A stretch of DNA of 64,000 nucleotides from Gnetum montanum. Its lineage: Eukaryota > Plantae > Gnetophyta. The notes below the pieces were generated by a model. That model saw only the letters and a program-made list of their open reading frames with translations. It had not been told where the DNA came from and ran no database searches. Location of the stretch: positions 504,780 to 568,779 of the forward strand of contig MNCI01002379.1 of NCBI GenBank assembly GCA_015680685.1, given 5' to 3'. The stretch's first letter is position 1; each line of letters begins with the position of its first letter. Of this stretch, positions 1 to 11,461 are shown one piece after another. A program made the translations under genes and the position numbers.

Positions 1-605
1 TGGGTGTTCCTTGAATACTAAAGTGTTTGATAGGCACAAGATGACATGGAATTGCTCATCAAGTATAAGGTACAAGAGTTATACAAGTGGATACTCCCCA
101 AAGTAGGCTTTAGCCATTAGTGCTCTTGTATAACCATGCCTAAAAATGTCCGTAGGCACTTAAGGAGTTGAATGTAAGACATACTTGTTAAGTAAAACAC
201 ACATTAATATTCCCAGATTGGGAAAACAACATTATAGTATATAAAACCATAGAATTATGATTAAATATACCAGTGAGTTGAAATTGGATTAGAAGGTATA
301 GTAGAAATCAGGAAATGAGGGGTCTTACCATAAGCATAATGAATCCTTGTGTGTAAGATGTGATTAAAGTAATCATTAGCCTTTTTGTCCAAGATTTAGA
401 CCAAATCCAAACAACTGTCCAGTGACATCACACTGTATCATCCCCAGGACTAATAACCACAAGCCTAAAAATATTTTAAGAAATATTGACACTTGACAAT
501 GTATTTTAGGGAAGGAGGTTATTAATAGCACATATTTTACCTTTTATATTTTTGAGAAGCCACCTACCTTCAGGTAATATTTTTCTAGCTTTGGTTATGG
601 GCACC

Positions 606-3600
606 ATGAATAAAAGAGGGAGTAGCAGCAAAAATCTAGTCTTAGAGGATGCAGATGTTGTGGTCAAGAGCATATCTCACCTCCCACAGCCCATGATAGG
701 GTAGGGGTTAACTACCATCACCCCAAGGTAGGCCATTACTAGCCATTTCCATGTGTTTTTGGTCATTTTTCTACTGTTTTCCTAGTTTGGGAGGTGGGCA
801 TTTTTCTATTTCTAGGGCACTGTGTTTCATAAAATTAAATTTTAGAAAAATCCCACCCTATTATTTGCTGGTTTTCATACATTTTTAGTGTTTCTTGGTC
901 ACATAGGTTTTGATTTATGATTATTTTAAATTAAGTTTATGTTAATTTTTATGTGTTTTTTACTATTTTAGGTAAAAAAGCAACCTTAATTTCAATTTTT
1001 TATTAAGTAAAAGGCTGGGAATTATCAAATTTTAAGGTTTCAGATTTTTAATATTAGGTTTTAGGTTTCTAATGGCTATGGTTTTGTTCGATTTGGAGTT
1101 GTAATTAATTTTTAATGAATTTTTCGGTCAAGTACAACTGTGTTTTTATGCCATTCTCAATTTTTTATGGAAGTTCATGACTTTTTTTAAAAAAATGACA
1201 GAGGGTTTGCATGTTTTCTAGTTAGGGATGTGTAGGTCTTGATTTGATATTTTTAATGGATTTTGAATCACTGGATTTGAGTTTGAAATGAATTTTTAAT
1301 GAAGTTTTTACTAAGTTTGCATGGACCATGACAACTTGGTTCATGTTGAGCTTGCTACATTTTTTTTTTACAAAAATGGCTGAGAATTTTTATGTTTTCT
1401 AGGTGTATTTTATGGTTTAAGGATTTCAATGGTGGTGGAATCACTAGATTTTGAGTTTTGGTTAATTTTTAATGATTTTTCTCATATAGATGTGTGAATT
1501 GGTATTTTTAGGCTTTAGTGGTTTTACCCCTTGGAGATGGGCAATGTTGATATACTAGATGATTTTTTATGTCAATGTACCATGACCTTGGGGATACTAG
1601 GAGATGTTAGAATGGGTGTAGAGTTAGTTTCTTGAATGCTAAAAATATTTTACTATTTTTTACCTATGATTTTCCATGGCCATTTTTCTAGGTTTTAAGT
1701 GTTGCTGTATGAGTGTTTAAACTTAGGCATGGTTTGGCATGACATTTTCAAGTTTTGGTTAATAATGTAAACATTTTTATGCTCTAGTTATAGTGTTTAA
1801 AGTTTTTTAAGATTATGAGAATGTTTCATTTTTGAAATTTTGGAGAGATTTTGACCAACACCTTAGAGTTTTTATAGTGGCTAGTTTCACCACTAACTAG
1901 GATGTTTGGAAAAATCTCCTAAGAAATTCAAAGTGTTGCATAACTATCATTATAGTTGGTTGTGATTGTTGTTTTTAATTTTGCTAAATTTTTCCTAAGT
2001 GTTATGAACATGGTTCTAATAGTATATGTTATTTCCCATGCAAGGATTTCCTTAAGCCTATTTTGATTATGGTGAAGATGGTGGGGATACTGTGCTATGT
2101 CAATCTATTGTTAATATGGTGGGAATTTCATTGATATGGGCCTTGAGTGGGGTTCCCTATGGTTCTAGCTAAGGGTAAGGAAATTTCTTGCCTATATCCT
2201 TCAAAAATTCAGTGTGATGATGTGGTCACACTTGTTTGCATATGTGGTCAAGATCATAGTGGAGACCCTAGTACCTTAGTTATCCAATATTATCATTAAA
2301 TTCATAACAGATGCCAATGAGATGCATGTGGAAGAGAATTTTATGGTAGTAGAGGCACCCAAGGATCCTGGAAGCTTTTCCAAATCTAGAGCATGCCAGA
2401 GTATCCTTAGTATAATGCTGATAGTACTCTGATGGTGGCACATTAGGCCCACACATTATTCTAGAATCCTCTTAGTAGAGTGTACCATTTAGCTGGGTAA
2501 GTTTGGTTATAACTTATGAACAATTTTGGTTTTAATTTTTTATACCTACCTTCTAGCATTATGAGTTTCTATAGTTTTGAATGCTTATCATCCTATAGCT
2601 TAGGATTAACAAAAAAGGCTTAGTCATGAATGACCAAACCTTGGAGGTGGCTTAGACTTTGATGGGTGTATTTACCAAGGTTCCAAAAATTAGAACCATA
2701 GTGGTTAACTAATTGAAGGGTGACTTTGATAAATACACTCAAGTCCTTGCCCCAACATTTGAAAGGTGTGTGGCCACTAAAACAATCCACATTTGGTGGA
2801 GGCCTTGAAACACCTTCTAGTACTAGACATTGATGCTAGGATTGCCACACAACCCTTGCTTAGCAAGAAGAAGAAAGGTAAGAAGAATATGATTTTAGCT
2901 AAGTTATACTAACATTTTCATGGTTATATAGTTGTAGTTTGTTTTATTTCTAAGTGTTTTAATGATATTGATCTATTATTCCTATTATATCTTGGTTGTA
3001 CATGATGGGTTCATGCCTTAGTTGACTAGCTGTTTTTGTTATCTTACAAGGGCTTCCATTACTTCTAGCATCACTTTGATTATTTTAGGATGTCTCAAGG
3101 AGACCCTCATCCTAAAATTAGGTGAGGTGGAAGTAGCATAGTGTTGGTTGATGGAATAGGTAGCCAAAAATGTTCAAGCATGCATTGCTCATGTAGGATT
3201 GCTTGATCTTTTCATGGCACCTATCCCAACCATTCTTTCTACTAAGATGATGAACATCATTGACTTCTTTAATGAAGGGAACAATAAGTTCATTACCAAG
3301 GTTCATGATGTACCAATCATCTAGCTAATTGATGAGGATAGTTTCTGTAATCTCTTTGGTATTTCCATTGAAGGTATGAAGGTTGCCACCAAACTAGTTA
3401 AGGATGTAGACCATTGCAAGGAGGTAGAGGCATGGTTAGGTGCTTGTCGTGGTCATTCCAAGTCGGCCTTGAATGATTTCCAAGTACTAGAAGCAAGGGA
3501 AGCATATCCCTTGTTCTAATCCTATGCCTTTCCTAAGCCACTATCATAGAAGAAGATGATTGAGATTGCCTAGGTGTGGACCATGATGAAGGTCCTAGAA

Positions 3601-5740
3601 GAAGATGGTCTATTTAACTAGGCTATTCACTTGGCCACTAGATTGCGTGAGGAAATCCTCAAACTCCATGAGGATCTCTCCACAATATGTCACATGCACT
3701 ATTCATTTTATGTAGCATATTTAAAGAGATTCAAAAAATTCTTGGTGGTGAGGAGGGATGGGTGATGGGTATGCTAAGACCCATTCCAATTTTCTAGGCC
3801 TTGGATAAAGCACATTTATCCAACCATGTAGGCCTTGAATCCACTAAAGGATGTTAGGGAGTTGTTGTCTATAATTACTAAGGAAGTTAGTGGTAGGCAG
3901 TATGTTTTCCCTAATAGCATGGGGGTGGAGCCTCACATTGACCATGCTAATGTTGAGAGGGCCATAGAGTTACATGCTAAGGTTGACGGGGTAGCCACAG
4001 TAAAGGTGAAGTGTCCTATGAAGGAAGCAGCACTAGCAATAGAGTAACCTTCCAAGAGAAGGTTCATGTTAAAGCTTGATACAACTCATCTTATGGTCAT
4101 AGGTACATCACTAACTATTTTCTATGTTTTGAATTCTAAGGTTATAAGCTCGTAATGTTGTTTTGCTAATTTTTTTTAATGTTCTTGTTTATTTTCCTTG
4201 TAGAAAAGTGCTAGGACATGGCATTCCAAGTTGCAATAGCAGTAGAGGCGTGTGGAGGAGGCCATCCTATAGTAGTATGAGGAGGAGGGGTTGGCCAACA
4301 TGGTGTTGGATGACCTAGACATCTTGTTTAATGAGATGTAGCCAAGGGAACCCTACATCATCATCCTAGATGAGGAAGAGGTAGGTATGCATATGTCTTA
4401 GTGCTATTCATTATAGTTTTTGGCTTTATGTTTAGTTTTCATTCTAACTATTTGATGATTGTTATGCTTGTTATAGTTTCTGAGCCATAGGCAAAGGCCT
4501 CTACATTTATGTTTCATATGAAACCATGGGTAGAGGTTCTAGAAAAAGTAAGGTTTATGCATGGAGTGACTAAGGACATCATCATTTGGTAGCAACAAGT
4601 TGTTCCTGAGAGTTTTGGTTTTTAGAGGTATATTTGGTTATTATTTTTTGATCATGGCTATTTATGTTACACATTGTGCTTATGGTCATATTGTTTATAG
4701 TACCTATAGTTGTTTGGGACCTTAGTTGTAATATGGAGATTGACTCCTTGCCAAAGCTTCCTCTTGATGTTGAAAAGATATCATGGAAGTTATATGAAAC
4801 TACCACTGATCTCGCAGTCTCATGTATGAAAACTTCATGGGAGTTTCAAAGGTCCAATGAATCCCTATGGGGGCACGTTGTGACCTTAAAGGAGGAGAAC
4901 AAGAGACAAGCCTAGTTGATCACTAATCTTTAGGATCATAAGGACTTTATGGGAGTTCAAGGAGATCACATGGGCCCACTAATGGAATGCCATTCATGAT
5001 ATAATTACCCTTGCTAGGGAGATGATAGAGTAGTGGTTATAGATGGACCTCATCTTCTACAAAGCCAAGGATTATAAAGATTATTGTGCATGGATCCTAG
5101 AGTGGGGCTAGGCACAAAAAGACCATAAGAGAAAATACAAGGCTAATTACAAGGCATATCTAAAGTGGCTCAGGGAGGAGACTACTGAACAATGTATGAT
5201 GAAGCTATTCATAGAGGGGATTCAAGCAAAAAATACCTTAAAACTCTTTGAAGGCACTCTCATGGTAGTTGAAGCTCCTACTCCTCAAGTATTTATGGCT
5301 ATGTGTGAGGTTTCTATTGCCACAATGTCATGAGATCCATCCACATGAACTGATATTGATGAGAGCAACATCCTCATAGGAATTAATCTTGGGGATGTGG
5401 ATTGAGCACACATGATAGAGGAACAAATCCTCCATTGGTTGGAGGCTAGTCTTCAACATCTTCCCCTGAGATTCATTGAGCTAGGTTCCCAAGAGGTTTA
5501 ATTGTTTTTATTTGGTTTTATGTCATTTTAGTTTTACTTAAGTTATTGAAACGTTTTTGTGATGTGTTGATCATTGATTAGTTTTATGTTGTTATGTTAC
5601 AAGCACTAGGTGATATTGGTAGCCCCGGTGATTAGGTTGGGGGTGATCCACCACTTCCACCTCCAAATTCCCCTTAGCATTACCAGTTGCCTTCTTTTAG
5701 CTTTTCTTGGTGATGGTCACATGATGTTATTGTTGATGAA
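606..5740 (+). pseudogene. Decayed multi-exon gene antisense to F1; PMD/Transposase_32-like domain plus coiled-coil region
   Basis: Alternating purine-rich coding-like blocks and T-rich blocks bounded by GT..AG: ~728-2044, 2497-2598 (GG|GTAAGT), 2878-3088 (AG|GTAAGA..TTATTTTAG|G), 4103-4203, 4381/4385-4476, 4628-4700, 5496-~5605. Several have CTAAY branch-like motifs. Exon 3089-4102 reads VGLLDLFMAPIP..MMNIIDFFNE..IDEDSFCNLFGISIEG..FN*AIHLATRLREEI..YSFYVAYL. Confidence 0.65.
960..1500. repeat. Degenerate ~175-185 bp tandem repeat (about 3 units) in putative intron 1
   Basis: GATTTGAGTT..AATTTTTAATGA block recurs near 1090-1120, 1275-1303 and 1447-1475. Confidence 0.6.
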
Positions 5741-6009
5741 TAGTGTTAGTCAAGGTTTTGGTTATGGATAGTTTCATATTTATTGTTTATTGTTTGAACA
5801 ATTTTCCACATAGTGTGGCTATGACTACTTATGTTGTAAACATTTTAAATTTATTTTAAGTTTTGGTTTTGGCTATATCATTTTTGTCATTATGGTCTTA
5901 TTAATATTATGGTCACATGGTTTTATGTTATATCTTGGTTATAATGTTGTGAAAGATAAAAACAACTAGGTAATAAGACTATAAGCTAAAACAAAAATAT
6001 GTCTAGCGG

Positions 6010-6145
6010 TCATTTTCTAGTTTTAGGTCATGGAAAGCCATGTGATGTTTGCTAGTTTAAGGCTGTAGTGGGTTGTATATTCTTGCAAGTTTTAGATCAT
6101 GATAGGTCCTATGTTTTTTTCCAATTTTAGGCCATGGTTGGCCTC
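6010..6145. repeat. Cluster of short YYAGTTTWAGG..ATGG repeats of the F family
   Basis: ctagttttaggtcatgg, gctagtttaaggctgtagtggg, caagttttagatcatga and ccaattttaggccatgg. The same motif clusters at 58410-58490 and 62250-62345. Confidence 0.6.
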
Positions 6146-6224
6146 ACATTATACAAAAGGAAACATATTTTCATCTATTTTATTTTAACATTTTTATGGG
6201 TTTTCTAGTTTTAAATTTCTTTTA

Positions 6225-9200
6225 GGCATAAATGCTCAACTATGGTATAGGGGATGACATTCATTACGACCCCATTGTCTATGTGAATCTATGTAATTTT
6301 TATTGTCCTACCTAAATAGTTATGAAAAGAGGAGCCTTGGTCACTTCGCTACTTTGGGGACTAGTTTTGATTTTCTTATCGTGAAATACTAGTGATGTTG
6401 ACTTTGTCTCCCTAGGTGAAGAAGGCACCATCATAGCATGGATGGATTCTTCATTAGTGGAAATTTCCTCACTAATGGTGATGGAAGTCAACATCTTAAC
6501 TAGCACTTCACGGTGCATAGTAGAATTCATGACTAGGTCATACACATTGAGGGTTGTATTTTTTTATTTTAGTGATTGTTTGACCTATTCCATCACATTT
6601 AGAAAGTCTTTGTTGTTGTCCATGAACTTATTTTTCTTGACTTTCTCCATGTGCCCCAAAATGCATATTTCACATTTTAGTTGTTGTGGCTTTTTCTCTT
6701 TTCCTTTTCCTTAGGTCTTAGGATTCTCTTGTGGTTTGCTAATTGAAGTAGCCTGGGTTGAAGAGGTCATGGATATAGATGATATAGGAGTAAGCTTCAA
6801 TAGGTCCATCTCATTTCATGATTGTCTTACATATCATTATTGTTGGGCTTTTGCACAAGCTTCTTTCATTGCTTAGTTGGGACCTTTTGGTTATCTTTGG
6901 TTGTTTGAAAGGAAGAGGTCTTTGCATTAGTCACCATAGGGATCATTGTTCTATTGCATGGGATGACTTAGTTGTAGTGGGAGGGGTAGGTATCCTAATT
7001 GCAAAATGTTTCTTGGGGGGCATTGGTGATGGTACCCTTACAACAAAAGGAGGCCTTTAATTAGTAAAAGTTGAAGGACCCCTTTCATTATGAGGAGGTG
7101 TTCAAATCATGAATAGTTTCATTGCGGGCCTTGAATCATGGTTAATGTTAAACACTACTATGGTGTATAGGCTATTATTGGTATTCAATGGGTCTTTGTA
7201 CACATGTATCAACTAGTTTTGAGGCCTAACCAAGTTAGAAGCATCAAGTACCAGCTCATCCCTAGCTATCATCTTTTGGTGGTTATCATTTAATGCAAGA
7301 AAAAAGTTAGCGTTGTGACTTAGCAATTGATGATAGTGGCAAATGTGGTCGAGGTTAAAATACTTAGGCACCTGAGGGTCATCCTTGGTTACTTAAGTAA
7401 GGTCTTTGGCTATCTCACATAGCCTCTCATGCTTCTTCTAGGCCTTTTTAGTACATCTACTTATACTGTATTCTCCCACTTTTCAATAGTTTTTTTAAGA
7501 GATTAGATGGTTTCAAAGGTAGCCTAGTGTATTTTATTTGGTCCTTCTACTCAAGGTTGGGCCTCAAAGTAGTCGATACAGAGGCCCTAAATGTGGAGGG
7601 TTGATTATTATTATTATTAGCAGGGGCTTGACATTGATTAGTACTTAGCCCCTAGTTGGTTGCTTTATTTTCTTTGGTAATAGTTGCCAGTGCCACATTA
7701 TTTTGACTTCTCCTCTCTTTGTATTTTCATGCATGTTGATTTTTATATGCTACATAGGCAAGGTCATGGCTAGCTTTTGTGACATCATTTATGTTTTTAG
7801 TTTGGGAAAAGGCCTGCCTTAGTGATTTTGGATCTAGGTAGTACAACTTTGACTTGATGAAATTGTTAACGACCCCCTTGAAGTTAGCTAATAGGTGAGT
7901 TTTAACTTTATCGAGATCTTGTTAAGCAAGATGTTCCATCCTTGGATGAACTTTTGCACTGGCTCAAGGGATCCTTACTTGACCTTTATTAATTAGTTAA
8001 AGGTGGTATCAAGCTTCAAGTTGTACTTGAAAAAGTTAACGAATTGTGAAATCAAGTCTTCTAATGAGGATATAGATCCTATAGGTAGGTCACAGTACCA
8101 ATTAAGGGCCTTCCCCATAAGGAACATAGAGAATATTCTCATTATTGTGTGAGGCCAAGCTTATAATACAAGCACTTAGAGTAGAAGGTTATGAGATGGA
8201 AGTTTGGGTCATCTTCGTTGTCATACTTGGTAAACTATGGTATGGGGACACGTGGGGGAAGAGTTACTTGTGGAACCATAGGACTAATGGGGTTGTTCTA
8301 ATAGAAATCCATGATTTTTATAGTTTGGAATGTGGAAGCCTTAAGCCTCCATAACTCTTCTATTAGATCCTGGATCATCTAAAAGGCTTAATCCAAACCC
8401 TAGGGGTGCCCCTATCAATTTTAGAATTTGCATGAAAGGCTACAGTATATGTCGAGAGGCTTGTGGCCTCGTTATCAATTGTGGCACCAATGGGAGATGT
8501 TGGGACATCATAGTGGCAAGTGGACTAAACAAAGAAAAAGAAGTTTGTGTTGGTATCTAGGGCACAAATGGGACAAAATGGGTATGTTATCCCTTGGTTA
8601 CTTGAGGTCTCAAAGTTGGTTCTATATAGGTAGATAAAGAATTAGTGATGGTGAAAACAACTTATGATGATCACACAAATCAAGGCCATGTGGCAAATGA
8701 CATGGAGAAATCAAATGTTGTAGATTGTGGTATTGATTGTGTTTGGTGCACTACAATGATGGGTGTGAGCCCAAACATGGTTGGGTAAGGGGAAGACAAG
8801 GGTTGAGGGGGATACCCCATGGAAGAGACAAGGGGGGTTAAGGTGGCTTTAGGAATTGCTTGTTTGAAAAGCCCATCCATGATGTTCTCATCTTCAAACT
8901 CAACCATAAACTCATCCTTTTTTCATGTTCTTCACCTGAGCTAGCTCTTCCATCCTCTTCATCAATTTTCATCAACTGAGATAGGATACGAGCATAGGTT
9001 TTAGCAAGGGGTATCTTGGTATATGGGGAAGGAATATATTCCTTCTCATCATGATGTATGAGCATGTATTCCCTCTTATCTTCTGCTTCCATCCTTAGAA
9101 TTAGCATGCCAGCTTGAATCTTGGCATGAACAAAGTTGTAGTGGTCTTTATTTATGACCAAGAACTTAGGAATTCATCCCATAAGCCTTAAGGATTGTCT

Positions 9201-9308
9201 ACATTTGGCCACAGTGGTGTCCTTGGGGTCATACACCCTTATGGTTTGTTGGCTAGACACAACATTGGTAAAGTTGAAGGAAAAGATGGTTGATTATTGA
9301 AAAGACAT
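6225..9308 (-). pseudogene. gag: F1 gag and N-terminal part of aspartic protease (decayed, truncated)
   Basis: ~8140-7940 reads IMRIFSMFLMGKALNWYCDLPIGSISSLEDLISQFVNFF..IKVK*GSLEPVQKFIQGW (Retrotrans_gag-like). ~6390-6230 reads LVFHD..APLFITI..IHIDNGS/MNVIPY (protease active site), after which homology stops. Confidence 0.8.
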
Positions 9309-10050
9309 GTTGATGATGTTGAAGTTTGGCTAAATAAAGATGTTTAATTAATAAAAAGAATAAAAATTCGAACAAAATGAATTTTTAAAATGCCAAAATG
9401 GGTATGGCTGTCAAAGATTGTAGGTTGTAAAGAGTAGGTGGTTGTCAAAGGTAGTATACTCCTTTACTTAAGAAAATCCAAAAAAAAAAAAAAAACATTT
9501 GTTATCAAACCCCAACCACATTGGGCTTGCCAACAACATCAATACTAGGGATGAGAAGGGGGAAGAAGTGGGGTAAGATGCAAAATCTTATACCTCTCTT
9601 CAGAACATTGGGGTGGGGGTTTACCTTTGGTAGGTTGTATGTATTGGTCTAAAAATTAAGATGAATATCTTAATTTTTCAAAGGTTTTTGTTTTGGCAAG
9701 TTGTCATTCTAGGCCTTGCTAGAAAATTTTCATAGTAGGAGGGTATGAGGCTTTGGGTGATGAAATAACCAATGTTGGGATTACTAGAATATTTTCTTAG
9801 TAGAGGGGGTAAGGTTTTGTTAGGACACCGATGTTGGCTTTCAAATTTCCAGAAATTGCTATGAAATTTCTCAAAATCTAAATCTCTTGCAACCTCCATG
9901 CTAGGTTTTGACGGTAGGGAGGATGGGTTTTAGAATTGGTTTGGCAGTAGAAACAATGTTAATAAAATTTTAAAAAAATGTTTCAAAGGTTTTGGTTTGT
10001 AGGTAACATTGTCAAATAGGAAATAGGTTTGGACACAAAATTTGGTCAGA

Positions 10051-10069
10051 GGCCCTCCTTCTAGCATCA
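10051..10069 (-). promoter_or_regulatory. Primer-binding site of F1 (Tat-type, probably tRNA-Arg)
   Basis: Minus strand reads TGATGCTAGAAGGAGGGCC, a CpG-decayed TGGCGCTAGAAGGAGGG, a few nt after the LTR end (..GGTGCTACA). Confidence 0.75.
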
Positions 10070-10075
10070 AAAAAC

Positions 10076-11461
10076 TGTAGCACCTAAAAAATTTGGTTAT
10101 TGGAAAATCAAAAATTCTAGGGGTAGAATAGCCTTAATCCTAAATCCCAAGGGAATCTATGAAAAATAGGATTTGAGGTGCCCTATATGGTCTAGCAGAT
10201 CACCCAAGGAGTTACAAAGTATCAATAGGGAAAATACTAAAATGAAAATGATGCAAATATGACATGAAAATAATGCACAAAATATAAGAAATATAGATTA
10301 ACTTGCATAGAAAACATGAAACTTTAAGCTTTATTATAAAAATAAAGAGGGTCCAAAAATGTGTACAAAGAGTGCTTAAGGATGCAAGGGGGATTCACTT
10401 TGATGGATTCTTGAAATTCGTTGAAGCAGGTAGCCTAGGGCACCATAGTTGGCTCTATGATTCAGATTTTTCACAACTCTTGAAAATGTGAAATACTACT
10501 ACAATCCTCACAGATTTGCAACATTGGTGGTGGATGAGGGATGAAATGTGTAGAGGTTTTAGATACCAAGAAGAACCATGTTGGGAGTCTCAAAGCCCAG
10601 GGTGCTCAACGTTGTGCAAAATTCCATACAATCTTAAGGGGCCCAAATAATGGTTGTAACGACTAAAAGTTCCATGCTAGGGATATTTCAAAAGATTTTT
10701 GTTTATATGTTCTCGAAAGCTCTTGAATGTAAAAATATGGCTAAGTGTGCAAAAGAGTGAAACCTTTCTATGGTGTTGTAGCTTGGGTTTTATAGGTTTC
10801 ATGGCCATCAATTTTTCTATATATTTCTGCCTAATTACTAATAGATTTTTGGTACATGTAGGTGTACAAATCTAGCAAGGTTAATATGTATGGTATGTTT
10901 TGATACCCCCATGACATCAAAACCATTTCATTTAGCCAAAATAGTAAATGGAAATTTCACCCACATTGGCTTCTTCCACCCATGTTGGGCCTTCCAACAG
11001 TAACACTAAGGTGTAGGATCAACGTTGAAGCTAGAGTAATGCTGAAATTTCATACCATGTTGGAGAAACACTAGGGGGAAGATCCAATGATGGGGGTTAA
11101 GGAGTTATACCCCCCAACACTAGGCGTAGGTGGGGTTGTACCCCATAATGGGTATCTCTAGCATAGCAAATGTTATACAGCCCTCACCCTATCATAAAAC
11201 CCATGAAAATGCTAATTTTGGCAATCCAAAAGGAAGTTTTAATCCTCCAAGCCAAAATATAGGCATAACATGATGTTTTTCACTTGGGGGTTGAGGCTTT
11301 AACCACTTATGAGGCATTTTAAGCCTAAAAAACTAACATATGTGAAATTGCATATCTTGGATTACAATATTCACATTTTACAATGAAATTTTAGCCTCAA
11401 GTTTCATGGGTGAGGGTTATAATGCAAAAAGTTTATAGCATGCATTTTTTGTGGTGTTTTA
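10076..11461 (-). repeat. 5' LTR of F1 (~1.39 kb)
   Basis: Ends tgtagcacctaaaaa / tttgtggtgtttta match F2 (tgttgtaactaaaaa / tttgtggtgtttca) and the reverse complement of F3. TATA-like gggttttatagg at ~10785. Confidence 0.85.

Larger units (their letters stand above)
1..11461 (-). mobile_element. Tat/Ogre-like Ty3/gypsy LTR retrotransposon F1 (5' LTR, PBS, gag-PR, pol missing, antisense spliced gene); 3' end presumably left of window
   Basis: LTR 10076-11461 homologous to 56715-58301 and 42790-44094. PBS at 10051-10069 after a short spacer. Decayed gag and protease on the - strand. That 1-6200 belongs to the element is inferred because no 3' LTR is in the window. Confidence 0.75.

Noticed and set aside
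9480-9494. Poly(A) tail of a LINE/SINE insertion
   Set aside because: No TSD or recognisable body; it lies within F1's A/T-rich leader.
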